A stretch of 64,000 nt of DNA from contig NC_073388.1 of assembly GCF_028641065.1 (NCBI RefSeq), positions 14,012,001 to 14,076,000 of the forward strand, given 5' to 3'. Made by a program: the position numbers and the translations under genes. Below the pieces are notes generated by a model. The model was not told the DNA's origin. It ran no database searches and was given only the letters and a program-made list of their open reading frames with translations. The stretch's first letter is position 1. The number at the start of each line of letters is the position of its first letter. Positions 11,905-24,745 of the stretch are shown here, piece by piece. This stretch comes from Leucoraja erinacea. Taxonomy: Eukaryota.

Positions 11905-13060
11905 TCAATATATGTAGAAAGTAACTGCAGATGCTGTTGTATACCGAAGATAGACACAAAGTGCTGGAGTTACTCAGCCGGTCAGACAGCATCTCTGGAG
12001 ATAAAGGATAGATAGGTGACGTTTCGGGACAGGACCTTTCTTCAGGTCTGAAGGAGGTCTGACATTTCAGGCCAGGACCACGTTCCAATTTCCAACGGGG
12101 AGGAGGTGAGCGAGGGAGCGAGGGGGCGAGGGAGCGGGGTAACGCTGGCAACCGCGGGGCGGGGGCGGGGGCGAGGAGCCGGAGCCGGAGCGGGGTAACC
12201 CCGGCAAAGAGGGCGAGGGCACAAGGAGATGGAGAAGCTGGACTTTTGCACAGATCACAAAGCTTTGGAAGAAAACGTAGTAACAAAGAACTGCAGATGC
12301 GGGTTACCTCGCTCTACTATCCCACCCCGTTGCAAGGCTTCACCCCACACCCGTGGTTACCACACTCTGCAAGGAGGGGGGAAGAATGGTGGTAGTAGAG
12401 TGAGATAAACCAGGACAACGGGGGCGGGGATAACCGTTAAAACGGGGAGATGTATGGGGTTAGGAGGGAGAGATAGATCCGCCGTGATTGAATGGCGGAG
12501 TAGACTTGATGGGCCGAATCGTCTAGTTTTGCTCCTAACTCTTATGATCTCATCCGAACAACGGGGGCGTGGTGTAAGCTGGCAACGGGGGGGAGGTGAA
12601 TCCTAGAAATGGGGGGAAGGGGATGTAGAGTGAGGTGATCACGATAACGGGGGTGGGGGTGAGGAGTGAAACAACCCCAGTAACGGGGTGGAAGTATAGG
12701 TAGGCGCTGACGACTCTGGCAACGGTAACACCGGCTGCGGGGCGGGGTAAGGTAACTGGGAATGGGGTTGAGGAGCCGGGGTAACCCTGGCAGCGAGGGT
12801 GAGGCCAACAAGGAGCTGCAGAAACTGGACTTTTGCACAGATCACAAAAGCGATGGAGGAAAATGTAGAAACAAGAAACTGCAGATGCTACTGTACCAAA
12901 AAAAACACGCACAAAGTGCTGGAGTATTCAGTGGGTCAGTCAGCATCTCTGGAGAACATGGATAGGAGATGTTTTGGGTGGTTTCCCCAGGTTGATTATG
13001 GTGGTGGGAAGGGACAAGAAAGCTGGAAAAGATGGAGTGGGCGGGGGTGAGAGATGGTCT
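11905..13060. repeat. PLE terminal-repeat fragments flanking a G-rich degenerate repeat, with a local ~75-bp duplication
   Basis: Terminal-repeat motif at 11920-12046 and 12865-12990; ggacttttgcacagatcacaaa...ctgcagatgc at ~12240 and ~12827; recurring gcaacgggg/ggggtaac units. Confidence 0.55.
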
Positions 13061-13113
13061 CAGTGAGAAGGAGAACTTCAAAGTGGCAGTGGAGGGAGTA
13101 AGATGAGTGTGCT

Positions 13114-13146
<33 letters not shown>

Positions 13147-13149
13147 AGG

Positions 13150-14610
13150 AATGGGTCAGTGCTAACATTGGTACAGAGTTGTGGGAGAGGAGGCCGCAGT
13201 TTAAGAATAAGGGGTAAGACATTTAGAACGGAGATGATGAAACACTTTTTCACACAGAGTTGTGAATCTGTGGAATTCTCTGCTTCAGAGGGCGGTGGAG
13301 GCCGGTTCTCTGGATACTTTCAAGAGGGAGCTTGATGGGGCTCTTAAAGATACATATTTCTCCAGGGGCATCGTATGATGGCAGCCTCTGCCTACAGTCT
13401 CTGTTTTTCATCTTTTTGTTATTTTTAGTCTAAAAAGTATGTTTTGGAGGTTTCTTAATCTTTTTCTGTGGGAAGGGTAAGGGGGAAACCATTTCTCAGT
13501 CATTTCCTGGTGAAGACGCGTCTGGAGAGAAGGAGCAGGAGTGGGGAACTGGGGGCAGAAACAGTATAAGCAAGTCTTTTGGGGGATGGCAGAGAGGGTG
13601 AATGGTAGCTGTCACATCTGGGGAGAGGAGTAACCCTTAGCAGTGGAGAGAAGAAATGGGTCTGGCATAATTGAAGCATGGAATGGGGGTGGGGAAAGGT
13701 AGCAGGGTACCTCTGAGAACGGAGGAGAAGGACAACCGTGGGAGTAAAAGTAACATTAGCAAATTTGCAGATGACACAAAGCTGGGTGGCAGTGTGAACT
13801 GTGAAGAGGATGCAGGGTGACAGGTTGGGTGAGTGGGCAGATGCAGTTTAATGTGGATAAGTGTGAGGTTATCCACTTTGGTGGCAAAAACAGGAAGGCA
13901 GATTTTCTAAATGAAGTCAAGGTGGGGGAAAAGGGGAAGTACAATGGGATCTGGGGGTCCTTGCTCATCAGTCAATGAAAGTAAGCATGCAGGTACAGCA
14001 GACAGTGAAGAAGGCAAATGGCATGTTGGCCTTCATAACAAGAGGAGTTGAGTATAGGAGCAAAGAGGTCCTTCTGCAGTTGTACAGGACCCTAGTGAGA
14101 CCACACCTGGAGTATTATGTGCCAATCTCCCAATTTGAGGAAGGACATTCTTGCTAGTGAGGGAGTGCAGTGTAGGTTCACCAGGTTAGTTCCCGGTATG
14201 GCGGGAGCTTGTATACTCTGGAATTTAGAAGGATGTGAGGGGATCTTATTGAAACATATAAGATTATGGGTTTGGACACGCTAGAGGCAGGAAACGTGTT
14301 CCCGATGTTGGGGGAGTCCAGAACCAGGGGCCACAATTTAAGAATAAGGGGTAAGCCATTTAGAACGGAGATGAGGAAAAACTTTTTCACACAGAGTTGT
14401 GAGTTGTGGAATTCTCTGCCTCAGAGGGCGGTGGAGGTTGGCTCTGTGGATGCTTTCAAGAGAGAGCCAGACAGAGCTCTTAAAGATGGCGGAGTCAAGG
14501 GTTATGGAGAGAAGGCAGGAGCGGAGTACTGATTGTGGATGATCAGCCATGATTACATTGAATGGTGGTGCTGGCTCGAAGGGCCTACTCCTGCACCTAT
14601 TGTCTATTAT
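13150..14610 (+). mobile_element. CR1 LINE fragments (13150-13350; 13740-14610)
   Basis: SKFADDTKLG, KKANGMLAFITRGVEYRS...RPHLEY and GESRTRGH...LWNSLP motifs, with frameshifts. Confidence 0.88.
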
Positions 14611-16380
14611 ATGGGATGGGTAGCCTTGGCTGCAGGGGAGATTGGGGCAGATCTGGAGAAACCCAGGGAATGTATGGGTTCGAGGAAGAAGGTTAACCTG
14701 GCCTCTGATGGTGGGGCGGGGGGAGGAGTGGGGTAAGCTGGGGAGCTAGTCTGCAGTAATGGGGACCCAGAGCTGTGTAACCCAGTTGAAAGAGGAATGG
14801 GTGTATTGTAACGGTGGAGAAGATATGGGTAATCTGGACTCCCGAGAGAGGAAATATATGCAGCCACTGGTATCAAGTGAATGGGGAACAACAAAATCTG
14901 CGCACTCCCCACTCCCGGATAAGTACATGTTAATTTAATAAATCTTCACCAATATGAACTATCATTTATTTTAAGTTTTCATTTAATAGAGGTGTTATTT
15001 ATTTAAACAATGGGAATGAAATGCATTTGGAGACTTTCAATTGCAGGTGGTGGGGGGTGGGGAAATGTGTTTCACTGTCTTTTTGGAAGTTAGAAACTTC
15101 AAAGTTCATACCTTTGGGTTGTAACTACAAATGGAATACATGAATTATATTCTTCCAATTTGCACTTGGGCTCTATGTAGCTGATCTATCTCTCCCTCCT
15201 AATCCCATTCTCCTGTCTTCTTCCCTTAACTCCTGACACCCGTACCAATCAAGAATCTATCTATCTCTGCCTTGACTTAACTTCCATTGACGACCTCCGC
15301 AACCTTCTGACTAAAGAAATTCCTCCTCGTCTCCTTCCTAAAGGAACGTTCTTTAATTAAGAGGTTATGGTCGCTAATCCTAGTCTCTCCTACTAGTGGA
15401 AACATCCTCTCCCTATGTACACTCTATCCAAGAGGGGACGATGCGACTTGTGGGACCAGTTTGAAGCTGGCAGAATTAGTGAAGGATGATAGATTGGAAG
15501 GAGAAGGTAGTGGGGTGATAGTGAACACACTGTTCTGTCTCGTGAGAAAAGGCTTGAGAACAGGCATGCAGTAAATGGAGTAAATGTGACTGAGGGCTCC
15601 ATCAGAGGGAAAGTTTATTGTCCCCCCCCCCCCCCACCCCATTCTGTTTTCTGTTAAGTAAGCAAGCATTTATATCAATGCGAGTGTGTGTTTATAAATT
15701 TTTTTTTAAAACTTTGTAAAGCACCTGAGCTCTTGTGTAAACGATCAGTTGATAAAATATTTGTTTTAGTTTGATACATGCAGGAGATGGATGGCAAGAA
15801 AAGTTCATCAATGGCAAATACTATCCTCAGGAATTTACTGTATCTCCCCCTGAACAAATCTTTGCATAATGGAGGGTTCTTTAGGAAGCAGTCCCCTTCA
15901 TTAATTTATGTTTGGGTGAAAGCTTCTTTTCATCCAGATGTGCAATTAAATATACAACTGCGTGTAATTAGGCTTTACTGAAATCTAGATTGACATTCCT
16001 TTGTATTACTGAAGGAGTGCTGCACTGTGAGAAATGCTGTTTTTCATATGAGATATTAAACAAAAGTTATATTTTGCTGCTTGGATGGATGCAAAAGGTT
16101 ATATGGCACTTTACTGTAAATGCGCTTCTTTACCCTGGTTAAAATTTCTCAAGCATTGAATACTTAAATATTACCTGGTTATGAATAGGTTGTTTGCAAG
16201 AGCTTCCCGAGTACTTTACCACTATGGTTCCATTTCATATTAAATTAAAATCTTATTTAGCCTGGACAAATATAGACCACCTCCAATCTAGACTAATTAA
16301 TAGCTGGTGTAAATTCACCATTGTCTAGGAGATCTACAATTTTGGCTAATATTTTTTCCATGCTAATATTTATTTTTAAT

Positions 16381-17272
16381 CAAGATGGCGGACTGCGGGG
16401 GTGATGCGCCGTCGTGTATGGCCGCTCCTCCTGCAGTCCGTCCTTTCTCCCTTTTTTATTTTTATTTTTAGTCCTTAGTTGGAAGTCTTCTTTTATGTGG
16501 TGGGTGGGGGGGGGGAAGGGGGAAACTGTTTAAATCCCAGTCCTACCTGGTCGGAGAAGCGGTTTTCTTCCAAACCGCTTCTTCGTCCTCTCTGTGCGGC
16601 CTACCGTCGAGCTGGAGCAGCGCTGGAGCGGCGTTTCCTGCCGGGACTGCGGGGCTTCGCCGGCGGTACAGATGCTGGGACACCAACACCAACGTGGAGC
16701 GGGCGATGCCTTACCGGGTCGCCTTCGGGTAAGCTCCGGAGCACTGGGAACATCGCTGTGCTGCGGCTGCAGAGCGTCCAGCCGCGGGCGGGCGGCACTG
16801 GATTTCAACACCGCGGGGCCTGGTGTCCGAGTTCGCCAGTGTCAGCGGTCCGGCCAGCGCGGCCTGAGAACTTTGGACATTGCAGTCTTCAGGGAGGAAG
16901 CGGCCGCTTCAGTCCAGGCCGCTGAAAAATCGTTCACCCGACGGCGATGATCCGGCTTCGCGGCAGAGGGCCTGAGAACATCGAGTTGGCTGAGGAGGCC
17001 ACATATAGACCCCGACCTCGGGTGGACTATGAGGGGGAGAACTGGATAATTTTAGCGCCTTCCCTCACAGTGAATTCTGCTGTGGGGGGACGTTTCTTGT
17101 TGATTTCTATAGTGTACTGTTCTGTGTCTTTTTTCTCTTTTTTGTTTTTATGGATTTATTGACATTTGATCTGTTCAATTAATTTAATCAATCTCTGTAA
17201 AGCACTTTGGTTCAAATACTGGTTTTGTTGAAAAGTGCTATATAAATAAAGATTATTATTATTATTATTATT
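16381..17272 (+). mobile_element. CpG-rich non-autonomous element with an L2-type 3' tail
   Basis: Starts CAAGATGGCG, has a GC/CpG-rich body and ends aaagcactttg...aaaagtgctatataaataaa(TTA)n; no RT ORF. Confidence 0.6.
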
Positions 17273-18669
17273 GAAGAAAGGTCCCGACCCGAAACGCCAC
17301 CCACCTCTTTCTCCAGAGATGTTTCCTGACCCGTTGAGTTACTCCAGCAGTTTGCGTCTTATCTTTGGTACAAACCAGCATCTGCAGTTCTTTGTTTCAG
17401 CAAAACATTGTTGCTGTGTCATTTGTAACATCTGACAATTTCCTGCACCTTTATAGGGAACCCTACACGCAACTCGGGCTGTAAATATCATTGTAAGATA
17501 TCGGTAGGAACCAGAAATACTAATAGCAGTTAAGTGCCTTATTTGGGTTGTTGTAAGGAGAGGATTTATCTGTGGATATACCTTATTGCTGCTGTCACTG
17601 AAGCACTTTATCATTAGGCCCATTACCAACGAGGCCTAGAGCTATGAATTCATTTTCAGAGGGTTTTAAGTTAGTCGTAAGGGAAATCTCCTTTGAGGTG
17701 TCAGAAAATATGCTTTTACCTTTGGGCAATCCTCTGTAATTTAACCTTCAAATGACAAGGAACACAGAAGCAGGAGCGGGTCCTGAACAGGAGAATGAGA
17801 AGAGTGTAGAGTTACTGAGCCACATGACGATACAGAGCACAAAATCTTATCTTCTGCAACATAAAAGCAATATCTGAGAAGGTTCAAGTACTCAAATGTA
17901 TATTCCTCGAGTATTATGTAGATTCCTGAAGTCTGACCAGAAGCGATGTTTTAGGAATTCTATTGTTTGGTTTGTGTTGGTGAGAACAGCCATGATCACA
18001 ATGAATGACGGTGCTGGCTCGAGGGGCCGAATGGCCTCCACCTGCACCTATTTTCTATGTTTCTAGAATACATTTCACAGATCAGATTCCTTCCAGTCCA
18101 ATGCAAGTGATGTGCTACATTTTATCTGTGACCAACCATGGGTGTTGGCAGGTGATAGACGCGCATGTTCATTAGGGCTCCCCTATTCATTTCAATCTCC
18201 GTGGAAGCAACTTCTCAACCTGCGGGTTTATGAGGCATTTTTGAACAAATGGGATGCTTGGAGGTGGAAGGCCCTGCGGACTGCACTTGCGTTATATACA
18301 CGTCAGAATGAGAAGCAATAACAATCCACAAAGGTTTGTGGCCACAGGCATGTGATCTTTAACATCTTCATGACTCACCAGTCTCAAAACTTTTTGTACA
18401 CCACTGAAATTCTCTATTCTTCTTTATATTCCTCTATTTGTCTTTTGATTTAAAAAAAAATTCCCAATTGTATGAAGGACATGAAGGTGACCAATTGTCC
18501 TTGTTGTATCTTGCACCGAAGTGCTTGAGGATAAACGGCAGGACTTGTTGCAACTTGATCCTGCTGCAGGGTATCAGTGAGAGGAAGCTGAATCCTGGGA
18601 AAATCTACATCCCAGACATGACTGCTGGATGTATTCTCCAGTGGGCCAGTGATTGCTGGAAGCCACACT

Positions 18670-19195
18670 TATAGAGCCATGCAGCGTGGAAGCAGGCCCT
18701 TCAGCCCAACTTGCCCACGCTGACCAACTGCATTAGTCCCACTTGCCGATGTTTGGCCTATATCCCTCTAAACCTTTCCTATCCATGTACCTGTCCAAAT
18801 GTTTTATATATGTTGTGATCGTACCTGCCTCAACTATTTCCTCTTGCAGCTCATTCCATGTGCCCACAAACCTTTGCTTAAAGTGTCCTTGTACCCTTCA
18901 GAAGTGGGGATCAAATCCTATCATTGTCATTTTGGAGAAACAGCGTGGAACCAGGCAACGCCGACCATCGATCACCAGTTCACACTCGTTCTATGTTCTG
19001 CATATTAAGGGTATTTTACAGACGCCAATTAACCAACAAACCTTTGGGATGTGGGAGGAAACCGGAGCACCCGGATGAAACCCACAAGATCATGGGGAGA
19101 ACGTGCAAACGCCACACACAGACAGCACCCGAGATCAGGGTGGAACCCGGGTCTCTGGCACCGTGAGGCAGCAGCTCTATGCTACGCAACTGCCA
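18670..19195 (-). mobile_element. CR1 3' end (18670-18890) and HE1 SINE (18930-19195)
   Basis: Similarity to other copies in the window. Confidence 0.75.
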
Positions 19196-20029
19196 TAATC
19201 AGATGGTCTCCTACCTGTAATGTAATGCAGCTGATGTTACGTGGTAGCCAAGTGCATCTTGTACAAATTTGTAAAGACTCCTGATTAGATACAAATTTAT
19301 TAATTTAGTAGTGGTGCACATGGTAATGGGAGTTGAACGAGACGCACACAACAGTTGAGAATTAAGCATTGTTAGGTTATAGCAAATGTTGAACAATAGT
19401 GCCAAAGGACCATTGTACAAGATGGTGCCTGAAAGACATACAGTATTCATTAAGTGGGAGGCTTCTGACCGTAATGTAAATAACAGTTTTTGAATAATGT
19501 GATGAGATGAGTGGGGAGTCTAATGATCAGATGCGTAAGTTCTGCATCACTTCCCCGGCAAAAAGAGGAACTGGGAAGAAAACCATGTGAAAGAAAACAA
19601 CAAACGGTGCAGCATTCGTAGCTAAGGGGCTTTCTGATGATCTCATCTCCTGCCCGGCAGAAATGGTCGCAGCAGATTTAACATAACTCGGTGCACCCTC
19701 CTTCTCCTGACTCTGCAAGAAAAGTCTTGGATTTCCCACCAAGGCTGCATCTGTCGTAGCTCCATCTGTAGCTCTGCATCTCCCTGATGGGAAAGCCACT
19801 TCTTCATTCAGCCATTGCTTAGAACTGTGGTAGAGATTTGAAACACTTCTCAACTTCTCGTGTGCTTTGGCCTGAGTGCAGGTTAAATAGTCTAGATCGG
19901 AGGGATAAATGATGTCCTCTTTTTAAATCTTTAACATCTTCACATTGACCTCTAATGCTGTCTATTATAGCAACTTTGTTGTCGAATTCTCTCCCCATCC
20001 ATCTTCATTGTGGAACTGTCAACTCCCAG

Positions 20030-20320
20030 GGATTGTTCGATGTACCCTACAAAGAGGCAGGCATAGCTGGGGCCCATATGGGTGCCTATGGCTATGCCTT
20101 GAAGTTGGAGAAGTCGAAGGAGAAGTTGAATAAGGGTCTCGACCCGAAACATCACCCATTCCTTCTATCCAGAGATGCTGTCTGGCCCGCTGAGTTATTC
20201 CAGTATATTCTGTCTAGTTCAGCAATTTAAAAACGAAGGGTCTCGACCCGAAACCTCACCCATTCCATCTATCCAGAGATGCTGTCTGGCCCGCTGAGTT
20301 ACTCCAGCATTTTGTGTCTA
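20030..20320. mobile_element. Penelope-like RT fragment (minus) followed by two tandem PLE terminal repeats (plus)
   Basis: ORF 19952-20155 contains GIAIGTHMGPSYACLFVGYIEQ (PLE RT motif G-x-AMG-xxx-GPSYA); agggtctcgacccgaaac at ~20133 and ~20237. Confidence 0.75.
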
Positions 20321-20669
20321 CAATGATAAAACCCTTGCTTGTTCTGACACTTCCATGTCTTCACTGCTGTACGTTCTGGTTTTACCAGTGTTGACTTACT
20401 AGATTTAACAAACCAGGTGAATTATTTATTTCTATCTCCTTTGGATTATGTTATAATAAATCCAGGAATCCAAATCGTGAAGTTGAAAGTTTCAGCAGAG
20501 TGCGGACAGTCCAATCCCGCTATTCTTTGCACGTGACTTTCTATTCTCATTTCATTTGATTGAACAGGGAAAGAACTGGGGAAGAAATATTTTTGAATGG
20601 TCACAGCTTTCAATTTAATCTGTGGTTGATGACGATTAAGGTTTTTTCCAAAATAGACTTGGAAAAATA

Positions 20670-21860
20670 ATAGTCATAGAGCTATGCAGCACGACCACAG
20701 ACTCTTTGGCCGAACTCATACATGGTACCTTCCTGAGTTGGTCCCACTTGCTAGCTCATGAACCTGTCCAAATATTTTTTACGCATTCTAATTGAACCTG
20801 CCTCTACCACTTCCTCCAGCAACACACTCCATATACTCTCTGTGTGTGGAAAAACCCACCCCAGGTCCTTTAAATCTTTCCCTTCTCACTTCAAATCTAT
20901 CCCTCTAGTTTTAGACTTCCCTACTCTGGGAAAAATATGGTAACTGTCCACCCCCTACATGATTTTATAAATGTCTATAATATCACCCCTCAGTCTTCTT
21001 TACTACAAGGAAAACCATTCCAGCCTCTCCATATAACTCGAGCACTCCTGTCATGCAACATCCTTCTCAGCACTCTCTCGGGTGCAATCACATCTTTCCT
21101 TTAATATGGTGACCAGAACAGAGTGCAATATTCCAGGTGTGATCTTAGCAATGTTGTGAAACGTGATACTCCAATTCTTGCACCCAACGCCTTCTCCAAA
21201 GAAGGAAAGCGGGCCGTCAGGGTAGGGTCGGCAAGGTAGGCAGTGCCTACCCTGACTAAAATTATAAAATGGTAATTATTAAATATTAATAGTAAAGGCA
21301 CGGGAGAATTGTGCTTTCCTAAGAGATCAATCTCTTGGGTAGGCATAATGCTCCAGTGCCTTTCATCCGCAGTACATTTAACACGCGGAAGTATGTGCTA
21401 CTCATGAGCTGTTGATGCTGCTTCAAGCCGTCAGTGGCAATGGTCTATAGGGGCAGCTGAAATTCTGCCTTTACACCGTGGACTGCGTGCATGTGCAGCG
21501 CAGGTTTCTTTTAAAAGCCGACTGACAGCTCGCCGGGGAGATCTGCACAATCTGCGCATCCGCGGTTTTCAAGATTTTTTAAGGCCGACTGACTGACTGC
21601 CTACCCTGACTAGTTACTCACGGCACGTGCCTGTAAAGCGTACACCTTCTTTACCATCTTTTCTACCTGAATCACCACTTTTAGGGAACCATGTACTTGA
21701 GGATCTAGGACTCTCTGTTCTACCACACTCCCCAGGGCCTTATCGTTCACTGCATCAGTCCTTCCTGTTTTGACTTTTCAAAATGCATCATTCTGCACCT
21801 GTCTGTATTAAATGTAATCTGCCATTACATTGCCTACTTTCTCAGTTAATGTCGATGCAC
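20670..21860 (-). mobile_element. Old CR1 LINE fragment interrupted by a DNA element
   Basis: RSHLEYCTLFWSPY motif; LINE sequence resumes after 21633. Confidence 0.7.
21211..21633. mobile_element. Putative non-autonomous DNA transposon (hAT-like)
   Basis: Interrupts a LINE; subterminal gtcagggtagg/tgcctaccctgac repeats at both ends; AAAGCG duplicated at the flanks; left TIR degraded. Confidence 0.45.
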
Positions 21861-22454
21861 AGAGCTGAAAAATTTACAAGCTTGCAGCAAATTTAGTAAA
21901 AACTCTCTGCGTTCTGTCCTTTGAGGTTACAGTGTGTCCCTCAGATGAGATTTCTGATAAATGAAAAAGACACTTCACAGCAACTAGTCTGATATTTATT
22001 TGTGTGAGAAAGACATGACTTGAATCTTGATGTTCAAATATTCTCTTCCTGGCCTTCACTCTTATCTCTGGAGTTCCAATAGGATATTGCCTGTCTCCTC
22101 TTCCTTAACCACATGCCACCCCTTGGTGTGCTCATTTGGAGGTGCAGAGCCAAATGTCCATAAACAGGGCTTGGATGGTGAGCACAATCACTGCGCATCA
22201 AAGAGATGTTGACTTGGATGGTTCATAATTTGGACTCTAATTTGTGCCAATCACCAGGTTATTGTTTAGTTTAGAGATACAATGTGGAAACAGGCCCTTC
22301 GGCCCACTGGGTCTGCACCAACCAGTGATCTTGGCATATAAACACTATCCTACACGCACTACTGACAATGTTTACATTTACCAAGCCAATTTACCTACAT
22401 GCCTGTATGTCTTTGGTTGTGGTAGGGTGTAGATGATGCTTGCTGCTGTTGTCA

Positions 22455-22895
22455 TATAACCATATAACAATTACAGCACGGAAACAGGCCATCTCGACCC
22501 TTCTGGTCCGTGCCGAACACATAATCTCCCCTAGTCCCATACACCTGCGCTCAGACCATAACCCTCCATTCCCTTCCCATCCATATAACTATCCAATTTA
22601 TTTTTAAATGATAAAAACGAACCTGCCTCCACCACCTTCACTGGAAGCTCATTCCACACAGCTACCACTCTCTGAGTAAAGAAGTTCCCCCTCATGTTAC
22701 CCCTAAACTTCAGTCCCTTAATTCTCAAGTCATGTCCCCTTGTTTGAATCTTCCCTACTCTCAGTGGGAAAAACTTTTCCACGTCAACTCTGTCTATCCC
22801 TCTCATCATTTTAAAAACCTCTATCAAGTCCCCCCTTAACCTTCTGCACTCCAAAGAATAAAGCCCTAACTTGTTCAACCTTTCTCTGTAACTTG
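22455..22895 (-). mobile_element. Young CR1 LINE 3' end
   Basis: Uninterrupted ORF ([25 protein letters not shown]...WNELP); closely similar to 38435-38862. Confidence 0.9.
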
Positions 22896-23394
22896 TCCTT
22901 GAATGATTCCTGCTTCTGATCAGCAATTGGTATTTTGGTTGAAAAGTACATAAGTGAAGGAGGTATAAGCAAATGCTGGTTCACAAAATCTGACACAGAG
23001 TACTGGAGTAACTCAGCGGGTCTGGAGAACATTGATAGGTGACATGTCGTGTTGGGACCAAAGATAAATAATCCTCGGGCAACTAATCATTTCTCAGCTA
23101 AGCTTTTTGACCCGAGGAGAATTGCAGTGATCCGTGGTTTCTCAACTTGACTTGTATGCCAAGAGTCAGGCTGAGAAACCATGGACCATACAATTCTTCT
23201 TGTCCAAGAGTTTACTGAAAAAATGGCTAGTTGCCTGAAGATTTGTAATCTCTGTAGAATTGTAGCAGAACAGGGGCGCAGGGAATCACAGAGGGGGGAG
23301 GGGAGGGGGGGCATTGAAAGAAGCTCTCACCTTCGAGTGAGGAGGTGAACTTCTTCAAAGTAGGCCATACTTTGAGGAGATTTAGCACTCCACA

Positions 23395-23605
23395 ACGTGC
23401 TGGAGTAACTCAACGGGTCAGGCTACAGTCTGAAGAAGAGAACTTGACCCAAAGTGTCGCCCACCTCGTCTTCCAGAGATGAAGAAGGGGTTTGGCCCGA
23501 AATGTTGCCTATTTCCTTCGCTCCATAGATGCTGCTGCACCCGCTGAGTTTCTCCAGCAGTTTTGTGTACCTTCGATTTTCCAGCATCTGCAGTTCCTTG
23601 TTGAA
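23395..23605. mobile_element. Cluster of PLE terminal-repeat fragments
   Basis: ctgaagaag...accc and gaagaaggggtttggcccgaaatgttgcc followed by the terminal-repeat body. Confidence 0.65.
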
Positions 23606-24324
23606 CACTTCCAGAGATTATGCCCAATATTCCAGCACTTTGTTCTCTACAAAATATCTGAGCCAATTCTTGAGTTTCTCTTCTCCTTTGGGGATGGGCG
23701 GTGTGGCTCTTTCTGTGCTGCCACCATTCTTGTTTAGCATGCAGGTCTTGTTTCCTTTAGCCATGTTTTGTGTTTCGATTGGAGTACTGTTTTAGCTCTC
23801 TGTTTTGGGCCGGACTGGCATTTAAAACCTCACCCATGGCTGATGGTTTCAATCCAAATCTTTTCAAGTCTGACATCAACTTTCCACATAGTAGATTCTT
23901 CTCTCATGTGATTCAGAGGCAACACAGCAAGTATGTAAAGGTTGGCAACATACAGCTACTGACAGCAAGGAAACTACTTCAACATTCCATGTCACTGCCT
24001 ATGCCAATCATGATAAGATGTCACAAAAACAATAGCTTGAGGGATGGGCTTCTCCCTCCCAGCTTCTAACCGTCACCTTCTGCTTTATCTATTTCTCTCC
24101 TTTGTCTTATTATACTTTTCTCTTCTGTATGTTGTTGATCTCACCAGCTTCCTTCAGCATCTTTCCTTCTTCATCCAACAATTTCTTTCCCATGGTTACA
24201 CAAAAAAGCTGGAGAAACTCAGCGGATGCAACAGTATCTATGGAGCGAAGGAAATAGGCAACGTTTCGGGCCGAAACCCTTCAAAGGGTTTACACATCTA
24301 CTATGTGTAATTTCTTTCCCATGA

Positions 24325-24745
24325 TCGATTGATTGAAAGATGCAGTATAGAAACAGGTCCCACAGCTCACCGACCATCGGACACCCGTTCGCACTAGTTC
24401 TGTGTTATCCCACATTCTCATCTGCTCCCTACACACTCTGAGCCAATTGACCTCCCCAACCCGCCTGTCCTTGGGTTGTGGGAGGAAACCAGAGCGCAGG
24501 ATGACCATGCATCACTGGGGAGAACATGCAAACCTGTAAGATCATAAGTGATAGGGGCAGAATTAGGCCATTTGGCCCATCAAGTCTACTCCGCCATTCA
24601 ATCATGGCTGATCTATCCCCCCTAACCCCATTCTCCTGCCTTCTCCCCATAACCTCTGGCACCCCACAGTCTCCACACAGATAGCACCCGAGGTCAGGAC
24701 CGAACCCATGTTTCTGGCAGTGTGAGGAAGTGGCTCTACCACCCT
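24325..24745 (-). mobile_element. HE1 SINE interrupted by a CR1 tail (24541-24665)
   Basis: V-domain and head separated by the gataggggcagaattaggcc... CR1 3'UTR. Confidence 0.7.

Noticed and set aside
13740-14610. Functional reverse transcriptase gene
   Set aside because: All LINE and PLE coding pieces are 5'-truncated or frameshifted; no intact autonomous element is present.
16479-16950. 148-aa and 118-aa ORFs
   Set aside because: Stop-poor GC-rich repeat interior with no recognisable domain.
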